Positions 1-9,053 of a DNA stretch of 58,612 nucleotides are shown here, in pieces. This DNA comes from a virus: IMG/VR virus record IMGVR_UViG_3300045988_050777; one strand, given 5' to 3'. Both the position numbers and the translations under genes were made by a program. How positions within the stretch are numbered: position 1 is the stretch's first letter; each line of letters opens with the position of its first letter. Below the pieces are notes generated by a model, which saw only the letters and a program-made list of their open reading frames with translations, ran no database searches and was not told the origin of the DNA.

Positions 1-54
1 ACTCTTTTAGCAAGGGTGGGCGTTTTCTTTTCCGCATTTACAGCAAAAAAAGCC

Positions 55-62
55 TATCTTTG
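55..62 (+). promoter_or_regulatory. Bacteroidota -7 promoter box TATCTTTG upstream of the integrase
   Basis: Matches TAnnTTTG, 39 nt upstream of the ATG at 101. Confidence 0.5.
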
Positions 63-71
63 CGGTACAAA

Positions 72-90
72 GTTCTACAAATGTTCTACA
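72..90 (+). promoter_or_regulatory. Pair of GTTCTACA direct repeats (72..79, 83..90), candidate integrase arm-type sites
   Basis: The same 8-mer pair with 11-bp phasing recurs at 58263..58281, on the other side of the tRNA. Confidence 0.4.
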
Positions 91-100
91 GAAAAAAGAT

Positions 101-1423
101 ATGGCTACATTCAAAGCGGAAGTATATGCCCATCAAAAGAAATCAGACGGGACATATAACATAAAGATAAGGGTTACGCACAACAGGCAGAAAAGGTATC
201 TTGCCACAACATACTATGTGACGAAAGAAGATCTGACCCGTGCGCTGAAACTGAAAAACCAGAAGTACATAGACCTCACAGACCAACTTGTGAAGAAGTA
301 CCGAAACATCTGTGACCGTGCCGGGGAAAGGATTAAAGATATGACGGTGGATCAGGTTGTGGATCTTATCACTTCTGACAATGGAGAACACTTCGATCTT
401 GACATCGTGGACTATGCCCGGAAGTATATCCAGAAACTCCGTGATAGCGGACATAACGGCAATGCCAATTCATACGAAGTGGCGATAAACAATCTGGTGA
501 AGTTTGTTGGCAGGGAAAAGATAAGCATCCATGAAGTGACATCACGATTCATTGAGGACTGGATAAGGTGGATTGCATCACAGCCAGCCAGAACAAACCG
601 AAAAAAAGGGGAAAGGGCGCAATCATTGTACCCAAGCCAGCTAAGAGCCATACACAATATGGCAAAGGCTGAATTTAATGATGAGGATATGGGAGTGATA
701 CGCATACCCTATTCCCCATTCAAGAAAGTAAAGCTGCCTAAGATCCCGGTAACACGAAAAAGGGCGTTGGATGTTGCGACCATGCGGAGATTTGCGGAAC
801 TTCCATATACGGAGATAATGCAACCGGGTAAAAACAGGTTCAATCTGGCAAAGGATGTGTTTTTGTTGAGTTTCGCACTGGTTGGTATGAATGCCGTAGA
901 TTTGTACTTCTGCACGGACTGCAAGAACGGACGGATCACCTACCAGCGGACTAAGACAAAAAACAGAAGAGCGGACAAAGCGGAAATATCTATCAGGATA
1001 GAGCCGGAGATACAGGCTTTGGTAGATAAGTACCGTGATCCGGCTGGTGAGCGTGTGTTTGGATTCTACCACTGGTATAGCCGGATGGATTCTTTTAGTG
1101 CTGCTTTGAATTATGGGCTAAAGAAGATCGGCAAGATTCTCGGAGTTGAAGATCTGGAATTTTACGCAGCCCGGCACTCATGGGCAACCATAGCAAACAA
1201 TGAGGCTGGAGTGGATAAGTACACCGTTCACACTTCGCTAAACCATGTGGACGAAACAATGAGGGTGACGGACATCTATATCAAGAAATCGTGGGACTTC
1301 ATAGACAAAGCTAATAGAAAGGTGCTTGATACCGTCAAACTCAACATTTGCTCTGTAGATGAGCCAGTATATTTGCCTAAGCAAAAAAGAATTTTGCCTA
1401 AGCAAATTTCTGAAAGTGATTGA
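101..1423 (+). CDS. int: Tyrosine recombinase / phage integrase
   Basis: 440 aa. Bacteroides-type N-terminal arm-binding-like region; C-terminal catalytic motifs ARHSWAT...H...TDIYI. Adjacent to tRNA/att region. Confidence 0.9.
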   Translation: MATFKAEVYAHQKKSDGTYNIKIRVTHNRQKRYLATTYYVTKEDLTRALKLKNQKYIDLTDQLVKKYRNICDRAGERIKDMTVDQVVDLITSDNGEHFDLDIVDYARKYIQKLRDSGHNGNANSYEVAINNLVKFVGREKISIHEVTSRFIEDWIRWIASQPARTNRKKGERAQSLYPSQLRAIHNMAKAEFNDEDMGVIRIPYSPFKKVKLPKIPVTRKRALDVATMRRFAELPYTEIMQPGKNRFNLAKDVFLLSFALVGMNAVDLYFCTDCKNGRITYQRTKTKNRRADKAEISIRIEPEIQALVDKYRDPAGERVFGFYHWYSRMDSFSAALNYGLKKIGKILGVEDLEFYAARHSWATIANNEAGVDKYTVHTSLNHVDETMRVTDIYIKKSWDFIDKANRKVLDTVKLNICSVDEPVYLPKQKRILPKQISESD

Positions 1424-1838
1424 TAACCAACAAAGTAATTTTTGCGTTTTGCCTAAGCAAATTTTCCATTTGCCTAAGCAAACGCAATTTTCATCAAAAT
1501 GCGGCATTTTTCGAGTGTCAAAAAGTACCATTTTGCCTAAGCAAAAGTTTATAACTATCTGTAAATCAATGTTCGGAAAATCGTGTTTTGCCTAAGCAAA
1601 ATTATTTCGGTCTGTTTTTGCCTAAGCAAAATAGCACTTTTATTGATTATCAATGCTTTACGCACTTTTGCCTAAGCAAAATCAATTTGCCTAAGCAAAA
1701 ATATAGAACGCTCTGAAAATCAGATGTTTAATTTTGCATATTTGCCTAAGCAAAATTTGACCGTTTTTGTTTTGCCTAAGCAAAAGTTTGCAAATGCCTA
1801 ATAATGAACAATCTAATTTTTGCGTTTTGCCTAAGCAA
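1373..1838 (+). repeat. Iteron array: 12 perfect same-orientation copies of TTGCCTAAGCAA
   Basis: Copies start at 1373, 1394, 1449, 1470, 1533, 1588, 1618, 1668, 1687, 1742, 1772 and 1827. The first two lie inside the int 3' end. Confidence 0.9.
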
Positions 1839-1852
1839 AAGTTATCCGGGGG

Positions 1853-1913
1853 TATATATATTATATTATATTATATATAAGTATAGATCTATAGATAAGA
1901 ATAGATAGTATAT
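1853..1913. repeat. AT-rich low-complexity tract (TATA/ATAGAT runs), possible DNA unwinding element
   Basis: tatatatattatattatattatatataagtatagatctatagataagaatagatagtata lies directly after the iterons. Confidence 0.5.
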
Positions 1914-1939
1914 GAAATAGGGGGTATGGGGGAAAGAAC

Positions 1940-1968
1940 AAAAAAAGGGTGCTTTCAATTTGCACCCT
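1940..1968 (-). terminator. Rho-independent terminator of the leftward lysogeny operon
   Basis: Stem AGGGTGC/GCACCCT followed by a T7 run on the minus strand, 20 nt after the stop of 1990..2493. Confidence 0.7.
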
Positions 1969-1989
1969 CTTTACTTGGTTAATCATATC

Positions 1990-2493
1990 TCATTTCAGAG
2001 ATACGGATATTGAGCAATGGTAGTATTTTGTTTGATCTCCAAAAACAACAGGTATCATAAAGCCTATTTCCTGATCGCCACGCTTCTTTATCCAGCCCTT
2101 ATTGTATAGTGACATATCCAAATCTATATAGTCAATAGGGGCAACGCTTCTTACGAGTTTCGTTTCTGGGGCTATCGGTGTTTGTCCTTTTGATCCGTCC
2201 TTGTTGATCATCTGTGTATCTTCAAATAGGACTGGAAGAGATTCACCCTCCATAACCATTAGGAACTTATCCCAATCAACCAAAACAACCTCATTCGTCT
2301 TGTTCTCTATAGACAATTCGCAGAAGTAGTTTAGTGAATTGAAGCGGAATGATATTTTTACGCTGTCATTTTCCATTGAAAGCGTATCACTCTGGTAGGG
2401 CTTTTCCAATCTCAAAAAGCACCCGGCATTTTTCACTTGCGAAAATCCGACAACAGGGATGATCGCAAAGAGCATGAGTATAAGTTTTCTCAT
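1990..2493 (-). CDS. Secreted or lipoprotein-like hypothetical protein (moron position)
   Basis: Signal peptide MRKLILMLFAIIPVVGFSQ. Last gene of the repressor operon. Confidence 0.55.
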   Translation of the reverse strand: MRKLILMLFAIIPVVGFSQVKNAGCFLRLEKPYQSDTLSMENDSVKISFRFNSLNYFCELSIENKTNEVVLVDWDKFLMVMEGESLPVLFEDTQMINKDGSKGQTPIAPETKLVRSVAPIDYIDLDMSLYNKGWIKKRGDQEIGFMIPVVFGDQTKYYHCSISVSLK

Positions 2494-2762
2494 TTTGATT
2501 CTGTTTTGTTGTTCTCAAACATACTTCCAAATCCGGTAAGTAGCCATCTGGCGTTTACACCATACTCTCTAACCATAGGTTGTAGCCACGATAACTGAAA
2601 CCATCCACGATCCAAATCTTTGCGCTGGGCAATGAAATTCCGTCTGTCTATGTTATTCAGTCGGCAATATGTATTCACTCCACGAATCTTCTTCATGGCT
2701 ATTATCGCATCAAGTGCAGTATAAAAACGCTCCATTATTTGTTTGCTCACAGCCGTATTCAT
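2490..2762 (-). CDS. Putative HTH DNA-binding protein
   Basis: C-terminal GVNARWLLTGFG motif, as found at the end of phage repressor-type HTH domains. 4-nt overlaps with both neighbours. Confidence 0.4.
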   Translation of the reverse strand: MNTAVSKQIMERFYTALDAIIAMKKIRGVNTYCRLNNIDRRNFIAQRKDLDRGWFQLSWLQPMVREYGVNARWLLTGFGSMFENNKTESK

Positions 2763-2968
2763 AGGATGTTATACTTCAAATAATCAATATCGGCTTTCAG
2801 ATGCTCCAGAAACTCCGTGCCAGTGTTTTCTATCCTTGCTTTGATTATCGCATTGCTAAGGGCTTCTTGCGCTTCCAGAATTGCATCTACATTAACCGTG
2901 TTCCCATTCACATAATCGGTGAAACTCTGTTTGTACAGGTCGATCACCATTCTACTAAAATTTTCCAT
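2759..2968 (-). CDS. Hypothetical protein
   Basis: 69-aa ORF tightly packed in the leftward operon. No motif recognised. Confidence 0.35.
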   Translation of the reverse strand: MENFSRMVIDLYKQSFTDYVNGNTVNVDAILEAQEALSNAIIKARIENTGTEFLEHLKADIDYLKYNIL

Positions 2969-2976
2969 ATCAATAA

Positions 2977-3666
2977 CTATTTAACAGACATACAAAGCAA
3001 AACCTTGTACACTCCGTAAATATCTTCAAATGCAACCTCAAAGGGTGCAAAGATAGGATCTTGATTAATAGATACACACTTTACATACCCCTCTTTTTCA
3101 GCAGGAACGAGTATCTTAATCACAGTACCGTTACAGGTATCAAGCACATACACCTTTCCCCATTCGATAAAAGCCCTTTCGTTTATCCTCTTTATGAAGA
3201 TCCGGCTACCGTTGGGATATTCAGGCGACATACTATCACCTGATACGGTCATAGCGAAGTCCACGCCACGGATCGGAGATACTACCTTTTCACAATCGCT
3301 TTCCTTGACCGATACAACGAAGTCATTCAAGCTGCCTCCTTGTGCGGACACTGGAAGAAGTAGAACCATCTTTGCAGTCTCTTCCGTTGCATCTTTCTGG
3401 TTGCGCTCTTTGGGATGCTCTTCTTTCGGAGTGTACAGAGTTTCCTCACTTTCTCCGTTATTCAGCATTATCCCAACTCCAGACTTTAGCCACGCTATGT
3501 TTAGTTCCGGGTAAACCTCACTTATTTTCTTCAATGTGTTTTCACGGATGCTATCACCTACTTTGTTCGCCCAACCGTTACTCATTCCGATTGAGATTTC
3601 AAATTTTTGCTGACCCAATCCCTTGTACCGAAGAAATTCCAGCAATCTATCTTTTGTTTCGCTCAT
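2977..3666 (-). CDS. CI/LexA-like phage repressor with S24 peptidase domain
   Basis: N-terminal HTH (…NIAWLKSGVG) and C-terminal GDSMSP…K autocleavage signature. Divergent from the Cro-like gene. Confidence 0.85.
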   Translation of the reverse strand: MSETKDRLLEFLRYKGLGQQKFEISIGMSNGWANKVGDSIRENTLKKISEVYPELNIAWLKSGVGIMLNNGESEETLYTPKEEHPKERNQKDATEETAKMVLLLPVSAQGGSLNDFVVSVKESDCEKVVSPIRGVDFAMTVSGDSMSPEYPNGSRIFIKRINERAFIEWGKVYVLDTCNGTVIKILVPAEKEGYVKCVSINQDPIFAPFEVAFEDIYGVYKVLLCMSVK

Positions 3667-3771
3667 TTTACCGACTTTAATTCTAATTTGATAATCAATA
3701 ACTTATAATTCCCTCGCAAATTTCTTAGAAAAAAACTCCGTAATTATTTGCTTTATTAGAATTATTCTCCG

Positions 3772-3812
3772 TATATTTGCGGTGTAATCAATGTTATTAC
3801 AGGGCAAATATA
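3772..3812. promoter_or_regulatory. 41-bp near-perfect palindrome in the lysogeny switch, containing two opposed TATATTTG -7 boxes
   Basis: TATATTTGCGGTGTAAT-caatgtt-ATTACAGGGCAAATATA. The arms match 15/17. The -7 boxes are at 3772..3779 (+) and 3805..3812 (-). Confidence 0.6.
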
Positions 3813-3854
3813 TGAAAAATGTGTTTGCCAAACGCTAATTTACTGGGTAAAAAT

Positions 3855-4070
3855 ATGGAAAAAAGTAAGTTCAGACAGATTTATGACGCTCTTCCGGCAA
3901 AAGCACCCGTAGCTCCGAAAACGGCTTTTGTAAAAGAAGTTGCGGAGTTATGCAAAGTTTCAGAGAAAACTGTACGCTGTTGGTTGGCAGGAGCGCAAAA
4001 GCCGGATGCTTTGAAAATTTCCCTGCTTTCCCAAAAGTTAGGCGTACCAGAAAACGAATTGTTCAACTAA
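3855..4070 (+). CDS. Cro-like / HTH early regulator
   Basis: ATG at 3855, in frame with track ORF 3819. HTH-like VAELCKVSEKTVRCWLAG. First gene of the rightward operon. Confidence 0.55.
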   Translation: MEKSKFRQIYDALPAKAPVAPKTAFVKEVAELCKVSEKTVRCWLAGAQKPDALKISLLSQKLGVPENELFN

Positions 4071-4088
4071 TCAAATGCAACACTGATT

Positions 4089-4298
4089 ATGAAGTTTGAA
4101 ACATTAATCAATTTGGCAGGATCGGTAATCTTCGGACTGCTTGGAATCACAGCCCTAATCGGGGCGATCTTCTTTGGCGCATGGTGGCATTTCGTCACAT
4201 TCGTTATGTGCGCTTTGATGGCTTATGTGCTATACACTGATGATGAGTACGGCACTGAAAGCGTGTCTGCATTCTTCAAACGTATCAAAAGCAAGTAA
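4089..4298 (+). CDS. Small membrane protein
   Basis: 69 aa with two hydrophobic helices. Confidence 0.45.
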   Translation: MKFETLINLAGSVIFGLLGITALIGAIFFGAWWHFVTFVMCALMAYVLYTDDEYGTESVSAFFKRIKSK

Positions 4299-4300
4299 TC

Positions 4301-4585
4301 ATGCCTATCATTCTGGAATTATACGAACTGAAAAACCTATGCGCTGAAATGGCTGAACTGGGTGCGGCAAATTACGCAAAGCGTATCGCCCCGGCAAATG
4401 ACCTTATTTCACAGCGTGAGGCATACAGGGAGTTTCAGGAGTGCCGGGTTAAGAAGTGGGTACAAAGAGGTACGGTATCTACTACTCGTGGCGGTGCTTC
4501 CATACGCTCCAAAGTTCTTTATTCCAGAGCGGAATTACTGGCTGCTGATAAATCGGAAAAACTTAACACTTTAATAAACAAGTAA
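4301..4585 (+). CDS. Hypothetical protein, possibly an excisionase-type HTH
   Basis: ISQREAYREF..VKKWVQRGTV...VLYSRAELL resembles Xis/MerR-type HTH. Weak. Confidence 0.35.
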   Translation: MPIILELYELKNLCAEMAELGAANYAKRIAPANDLISQREAYREFQECRVKKWVQRGTVSTTRGGASIRSKVLYSRAELLAADKSEKLNTLINK

Positions 4586-4586
4586 A

Positions 4587-6548
4587 ATGAGAACAATTAA
4601 GTTGGAATGTTTGACCCTAAACAATTTTAAGGGAATCCGTTACCTTACGTTGGACTTCACCAATGCGGAAACGTGGATATATGGTGAGAACGGTACAGGT
4701 AAGACAACGGTATGTGATGCCTTTTCGTGGCTTCTTTTCGGAAAGGATAGCAAAGGCAGATCCGATAGTAATTTCAACATTAAGACGTTGGATGAAAACG
4801 GAAAGCCTATCTTGAAGATAGAGCATTATGTTAGTGGTTTGCTTTCGGTAGATGGAAAGTCGGTGAAGTTACAGCGTAGGTATGTGGAGAAGTGGGTAAA
4901 ACCTCGTGGAACTACAGAAGAAACGCTGAAAAACCACCAGACAGAGTTTTATGTGAATGATGTGAAACTGGCTACCAAACAGGAATACGATAGTACGGTA
5001 GCTTCCATTTTGCCGGAAGATGTTTCACGGATGATCACCAATCCGTTTTATTTCACCTCTCTTAATCCCGAAATACAGAAAAGTATGCTGCTTGACATGG
5101 CAGGCGATGTGACGGATGAAGATGTGGCAGGATTGAAGCCGGAGTATGTGGAACTGCTTGCGCAGTTATCCGGCAAGTCGCTGGCTCAATACTCCAAAGA
5201 GATAGCCTCACGGAAAAAGGCGATCAAGGATGAGTTGTTGGTGATACCGTCCAACATTGAGACTGCAAACAGGTTGAAGCCGGAAGAAGAGGATTGGGTG
5301 GCTTTGGATGCCGAACTAACGGAAAAGCGCACGAAGAAAGCCGAACTGGAAGCCTCTTTGTCTGATAAATCCAAATTGGTAGAGGAAGAGTACAAGCGGA
5401 AAGCCAATATCCAAAAGACTATCGGAGAAAAGCGGATTTCCCTTACCCAAAAGGAGAATGAGTTGAGGGCAACAGCCGACAAAGGTCGCAATGATGTTTC
5501 ATTGAAGATCCGTGATATGGAATACAAGCTGAAACTACATGAGGGGGATTTGGTGCGGAAGCGCAACGAAATATCCTCTTATGAGGCACAAATCCAGAGA
5601 ATGAACACGGAACTTGATACGTTGCGTGGGCAATACAGGCAGATAAGCCAAGAGCAACTGACATACCCGGAGGGTGCTTTCGTATGCCCTACTTGCCATA
5701 GACAGCTTGAAGCGGATGATATTGCCGCCAAACAGCACGAAATGGAGGCTAATTTCAACCAAAGCAAATCTGCAAGGCTACAGGCTAATTCCACGAAAGG
5801 AAAAGGTATCAAATCCTCTCTGGAAGAAACAAAGAAAAAACGTGAGGATGCTTTGGCTAAGGTTGCTGAACTGGAGGCAATGATTGAACAAATCAAGGCA
5901 GATATTGAGGCTCAAAAGGCAAGTATGCCGGAAAGCGTGGATGTGCGCCAACTGATAGAATCTGATTCCGATTGCATTGCCATTCGCAATGAGATTGCGG
6001 AATTGGAAAACCAGCTTACAATGGAAGCAAAGCCAGTAGATACTACAGATCTCAAAGACGGTATCAAGGTGCTTGACAGTGCCATTTCCGAACTGGTTAA
6101 GAGGCTTGCAAAGCGTGAAGCCATAGAACGGGCTGATAAGGAGATTGCAACGCTGGAAGAAAAGCGTATTGCCAACAATCAGGCACTTGCCGATCTGGAG
6201 AAAACAGAGTTTGTTATGCTGGATTTCCAAAAGGCAAAGGATAATGAGCTTATGAAGCGCATTAATGGAATGTTCCAGATTGTTTCTTTCTCATTCGTGA
6301 ATGAGCAACTTAACGGAGGTGAGAAACTGACTTGCGTATGCACTATAGACGGTGTTCCTTATCCAGATCTGAATGATGCAAAGAAACTTAATGCAGGATT
6401 GGATATTATCAATGCCATGTGCAAAGTGAAAGGCATATCCGCACCTATCTTCATTGATAACAGGGAGCGTGTGAATGAGATCATACCAACCATTTCACAG
6501 GTTATTAATCTGGTGGTTAGCCATGACAAAGAATTAACCATTAAATAA
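4587..6548 (+). CDS. Rad50/SbcC-like SMC-family AAA ATPase
   Basis: Walker A GENGTGKTT at the N-terminus, long coiled coil with a central CPTC hook-like motif, C-terminal ATPase half. Confidence 0.8.
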   Translation: MRTIKLECLTLNNFKGIRYLTLDFTNAETWIYGENGTGKTTVCDAFSWLLFGKDSKGRSDSNFNIKTLDENGKPILKIEHYVSGLLSVDGKSVKLQRRYVEKWVKPRGTTEETLKNHQTEFYVNDVKLATKQEYDSTVASILPEDVSRMITNPFYFTSLNPEIQKSMLLDMAGDVTDEDVAGLKPEYVELLAQLSGKSLAQYSKEIASRKKAIKDELLVIPSNIETANRLKPEEEDWVALDAELTEKRTKKAELEASLSDKSKLVEEEYKRKANIQKTIGEKRISLTQKENELRATADKGRNDVSLKIRDMEYKLKLHEGDLVRKRNEISSYEAQIQRMNTELDTLRGQYRQISQEQLTYPEGAFVCPTCHRQLEADDIAAKQHEMEANFNQSKSARLQANSTKGKGIKSSLEETKKKREDALAKVAELEAMIEQIKADIEAQKASMPESVDVRQLIESDSDCIAIRNEIAELENQLTMEAKPVDTTDLKDGIKVLDSAISELVKRLAKREAIERADKEIATLEEKRIANNQALADLEKTEFVMLDFQKAKDNELMKRINGMFQIVSFSFVNEQLNGGEKLTCVCTIDGVPYPDLNDAKKLNAGLDIINAMCKVKGISAPIFIDNRERVNEIIPTISQVINLVVSHDKELTIK

Positions 6549-6554
6549 TCAATT

Positions 6555-6845
6555 ATGAACGGATGCTGTACAACAGACTTTCAAAAGAAAGTTTCAGAGT
6601 TTATTTCTTCTGCTACTTGCATGGTGGCGAAAGATAACAACAACAAACGAGCAATTATTGTAATTGCGGTAGAAGAAAACGAAAAAGGAGATAATGCGAA
6701 TACACAAGTTCTTGCCGCTGGTACGGAAGAAAAGTTGGTATATGCGATAGCCCAATTTGCAATTAGAAACGAATCAAGAGGTTTGTTTAATAGGGCTATT
6801 AAGTTTTTGAATTTTATGAAGTTATCTAAAATATTCGGGAAATGA
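6555..6845 (+). CDS. Hypothetical protein
   Basis: 96-aa ORF with an ATGA overlap to recT. Confidence 0.4.
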   Translation: MNGCCTTDFQKKVSEFISSATCMVAKDNNNKRAIIVIAVEENEKGDNANTQVLAAGTEEKLVYAIAQFAIRNESRGLFNRAIKFLNFMKLSKIFGK

Positions 6846-7834
6846 CACAAGTAACAACAGCGGTGGCGACTGCAAACAGTGGAGCGGTTGCCGCAAAGAA
6901 AACAAAGGGCGTGGATCTTCTGAAACAGATGCTTAACGCACCCTCTGTAATGGAACAATTCAAGAATGCCTTGCAAAAGAACGCTTCTACTTTCGTGGCT
7001 TCTGTGATTGACTTGTACAACAGTGATTCCAAGTTACAGTTATGCGAGCCAAAACAGGTAGTAATGGAGGCTCTGAAAGCTGCTGTATTACACTTGCCTA
7101 TCAACAAGGCTCTGGGCTATGCCTTTATCATTCCTTTCAACAATAGCAAGAGAGTTGATGATCTGGATGAGAACGGAAAACCAAAGATCGGACGTGACGG
7201 TAAGACACTACAGAAGTGGGTTAAGGTCTATGAGCCTACTTTCCAGATAGGCTACAAAGGACTTATCCAGTTGGCTTTGAGATCCGGGCAATACAAAACA
7301 ATCAATGCTGATGTAGTCTATGATGGCGAATTGCGCAAGGTGAATAGGCTTACTGGAGAAATAGCCTTTGACGGTGAAAGGAAGTCTGATAAGGTGATCG
7401 GTTACTTCTGCTACTTCGAGTTGATCAACGGGTTTGCAAAAACCTTGTATATGACAACCGAACAAATGGCTACCCACGCAAAGAGGTATTCTAAGGCTTT
7501 GAAGAACGACGAAAAGGCTACTGTTGAGCATCTGTTGAGCCTTTCAAATCTTCCGGTATCTCCAGATAGTACGGCTGTAGGCTGGATGGGTAACTTTCAC
7601 GGAATGGCTATCAAGACGGTTATACGCAATTTACTTAGTAAATACGGGTATCTGTCTATTGAAATGCAGAATGCTATCACAAGCGACTATGAGGGCGAAT
7701 ACACAGATTTCCGTGATAATCTGATTCAGGACAATGCCAACAAACAGGTATTGGATATGACGGATGCGACCTATGAAGAGGTTGCGACCGAAAGTAACGC
7801 TAATCCAAATGCGGCAAATGAGCCGGACTATTAA
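6842..7834 (+). CDS. recT: RecT-family single-strand annealing protein
   Basis: LPINKALGYAFIIPF...FQIGYKGLIQLALRSGQYKTINADVVYDGE is typical of RecT. Confidence 0.85.
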   Translation: MTQVTTAVATANSGAVAAKKTKGVDLLKQMLNAPSVMEQFKNALQKNASTFVASVIDLYNSDSKLQLCEPKQVVMEALKAAVLHLPINKALGYAFIIPFNNSKRVDDLDENGKPKIGRDGKTLQKWVKVYEPTFQIGYKGLIQLALRSGQYKTINADVVYDGELRKVNRLTGEIAFDGERKSDKVIGYFCYFELINGFAKTLYMTTEQMATHAKRYSKALKNDEKATVEHLLSLSNLPVSPDSTAVGWMGNFHGMAIKTVIRNLLSKYGYLSIEMQNAITSDYEGEYTDFRDNLIQDNANKQVLDMTDATYEEVATESNANPNAANEPDY

Positions 7835-7845
7835 CGGAGTGTGAT

Positions 7846-8574
7846 ATGGTTTTGAAAGTGTTAGGATCAAGTAGTCAGGGTAACTGCTACATTCTGGAGA
7901 ATAAGAATGAGGCACTTATCATTGAGGCTGGAGTAAGATTTATTGAGGTGAAAAAGGCTCTGGGCTTCGATATACGCAAAGTGTCTGGCTGCTTGATCAC
8001 GCACCAACATAACGATCACGCAAAATACATTAAGGCAATGGTGGAAAGTGGATTCCCAACGCTGGCACTGGAAGAGGTTTGGACTGCAAAGGGGGTTACT
8101 GGAAGCCGTGCCTATTGTATTGAGCGTGGAAAGGGCTACAGGTTTGGAAGATTCAAGGTGCTGCCATTCGATGCTTGCCACGATGTGCCTTGTGTCGGCT
8201 ACCTGATAGACCACCCGGAAACAGGGCGTATAATGTTCCTTACGGATAGTTGTATGTGTGAGTATGTGTTTCCCGGATTAAACCAAGTTATGATAGAGTG
8301 CAATTACTCTGATGCAAAGCTGGTGGAGGCTATCAATGCCGGGCGTACACTTCCCTCACAGCGTGAACGCCTGATGACTTCACACATGGAGCTAAATACT
8401 TGCAAAGGGTTCTTATGTGCCAATGACCTTACCAATGTGGCAAACATTGTCCTGCTTCACTTATCCGACAACAATAGCGATGAAAAGAACTTTGTTTCGG
8501 AGATAGAAAGGCAGACTGGAAAGGTGGTTTATGCGGCACATACTGGACTTGAAATAGAACTGGATAGGATTTAG
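7846..8574 (+). CDS. Metallo-beta-lactamase-fold hydrolase (probable recombination exonuclease)
   Basis: HxHxDH motif ITHQHNDH. Lies directly after recT. Confidence 0.75.
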   Translation: MVLKVLGSSSQGNCYILENKNEALIIEAGVRFIEVKKALGFDIRKVSGCLITHQHNDHAKYIKAMVESGFPTLALEEVWTAKGVTGSRAYCIERGKGYRFGRFKVLPFDACHDVPCVGYLIDHPETGRIMFLTDSCMCEYVFPGLNQVMIECNYSDAKLVEAINAGRTLPSQRERLMTSHMELNTCKGFLCANDLTNVANIVLLHLSDNNSDEKNFVSEIERQTGKVVYAAHTGLEIELDRI

Positions 8575-8576
8575 GT

Positions 8577-9053
8577 ATGGCAAAACTTCTGGTAGAGAAA
8601 AGAAACGGGCTGTTTAACCTCAAACCTCTTTATGAATGGTTCAAACATCAATTAGATGGGATGTATCGGATAGAGGTTAAAAGGGTGAGAAAACCACGAT
8701 CAAACGACCAAAACGGGTGGTTGTGGGGGTGTATCTACCCGATGCTTTTAGATGCTCTTCTGGATGCCGGATATGAGTTTGTAAGCGTGGAGCAAGTGCA
8801 TGAGTTCTTTAAGGCTCAAATGACTTCTGACAAAGTGGTAAACAAACACACGGGCGAAATCCTGACTTTCCCCGGCTCTACAGCCACTATGGACACGCTT
8901 ACTTTCTCCACCTATTGCGAAAAGCTAAGGGAGTACGGAAGAGAGTTTCTGAATGTGGAAATACCCGATCCTGATAAATACTGGAAGTGCAATGAAAAGA
9001 ATACCCAACGGTGTAGTTTCGGAACTGATCCGACTTCTGCCAGTGCTGATTGA
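8577..9053 (+). CDS. NinB/Orf-like recombination mediator (tentative)
   Basis: RSNDQNGWLWG resembles the lambda NinB motif RSLDQNRKLWA. Sits in the recombination module. Confidence 0.45.
   Translation: MAKLLVEKRNGLFNLKPLYEWFKHQLDGMYRIEVKRVRKPRSNDQNGWLWGCIYPMLLDALLDAGYEFVSVEQVHEFFKAQMTSDKVVNKHTGEILTFPGSTATMDTLTFSTYCEKLREYGREFLNVEIPDPDKYWKCNEKNTQRCSFGTDPTSASAD

Larger units (their letters stand above)
1..99. repeat. 99-bp direct terminal repeat, left copy
   Basis: Bases 1..99 are identical to 58514..58612, and the window starts and ends exactly at the repeat. Confidence 0.95.

Noticed and set aside
1-99. Reading the 99-bp end repeats as attL/attR of an integrated prophage
   Set aside because: The window contains no host genes outside the repeats. 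The repeat begins 11 nt after the tRNA rather than overlapping its 3' end. The window boundaries coincide exactly with the repeat ends, which fits an assembly overlap of a circular molecule. This cannot be fully excluded without reads.
1359-1595. 78-aa ORF, and 1238..1531 minus-strand ORF, within the iteron array
   Set aside because: The repeated LPKQ/CLSK peptides come from translating the TTGCCTAAGCAA iterons. There is no coding signal beyond the repeats.
1373-1838. Possible CRISPR array
   Set aside because: The repeat unit is only 12 bp, spacings are irregular (19-63 bp centre to centre), no cas genes are present, and part of the array lies inside int.
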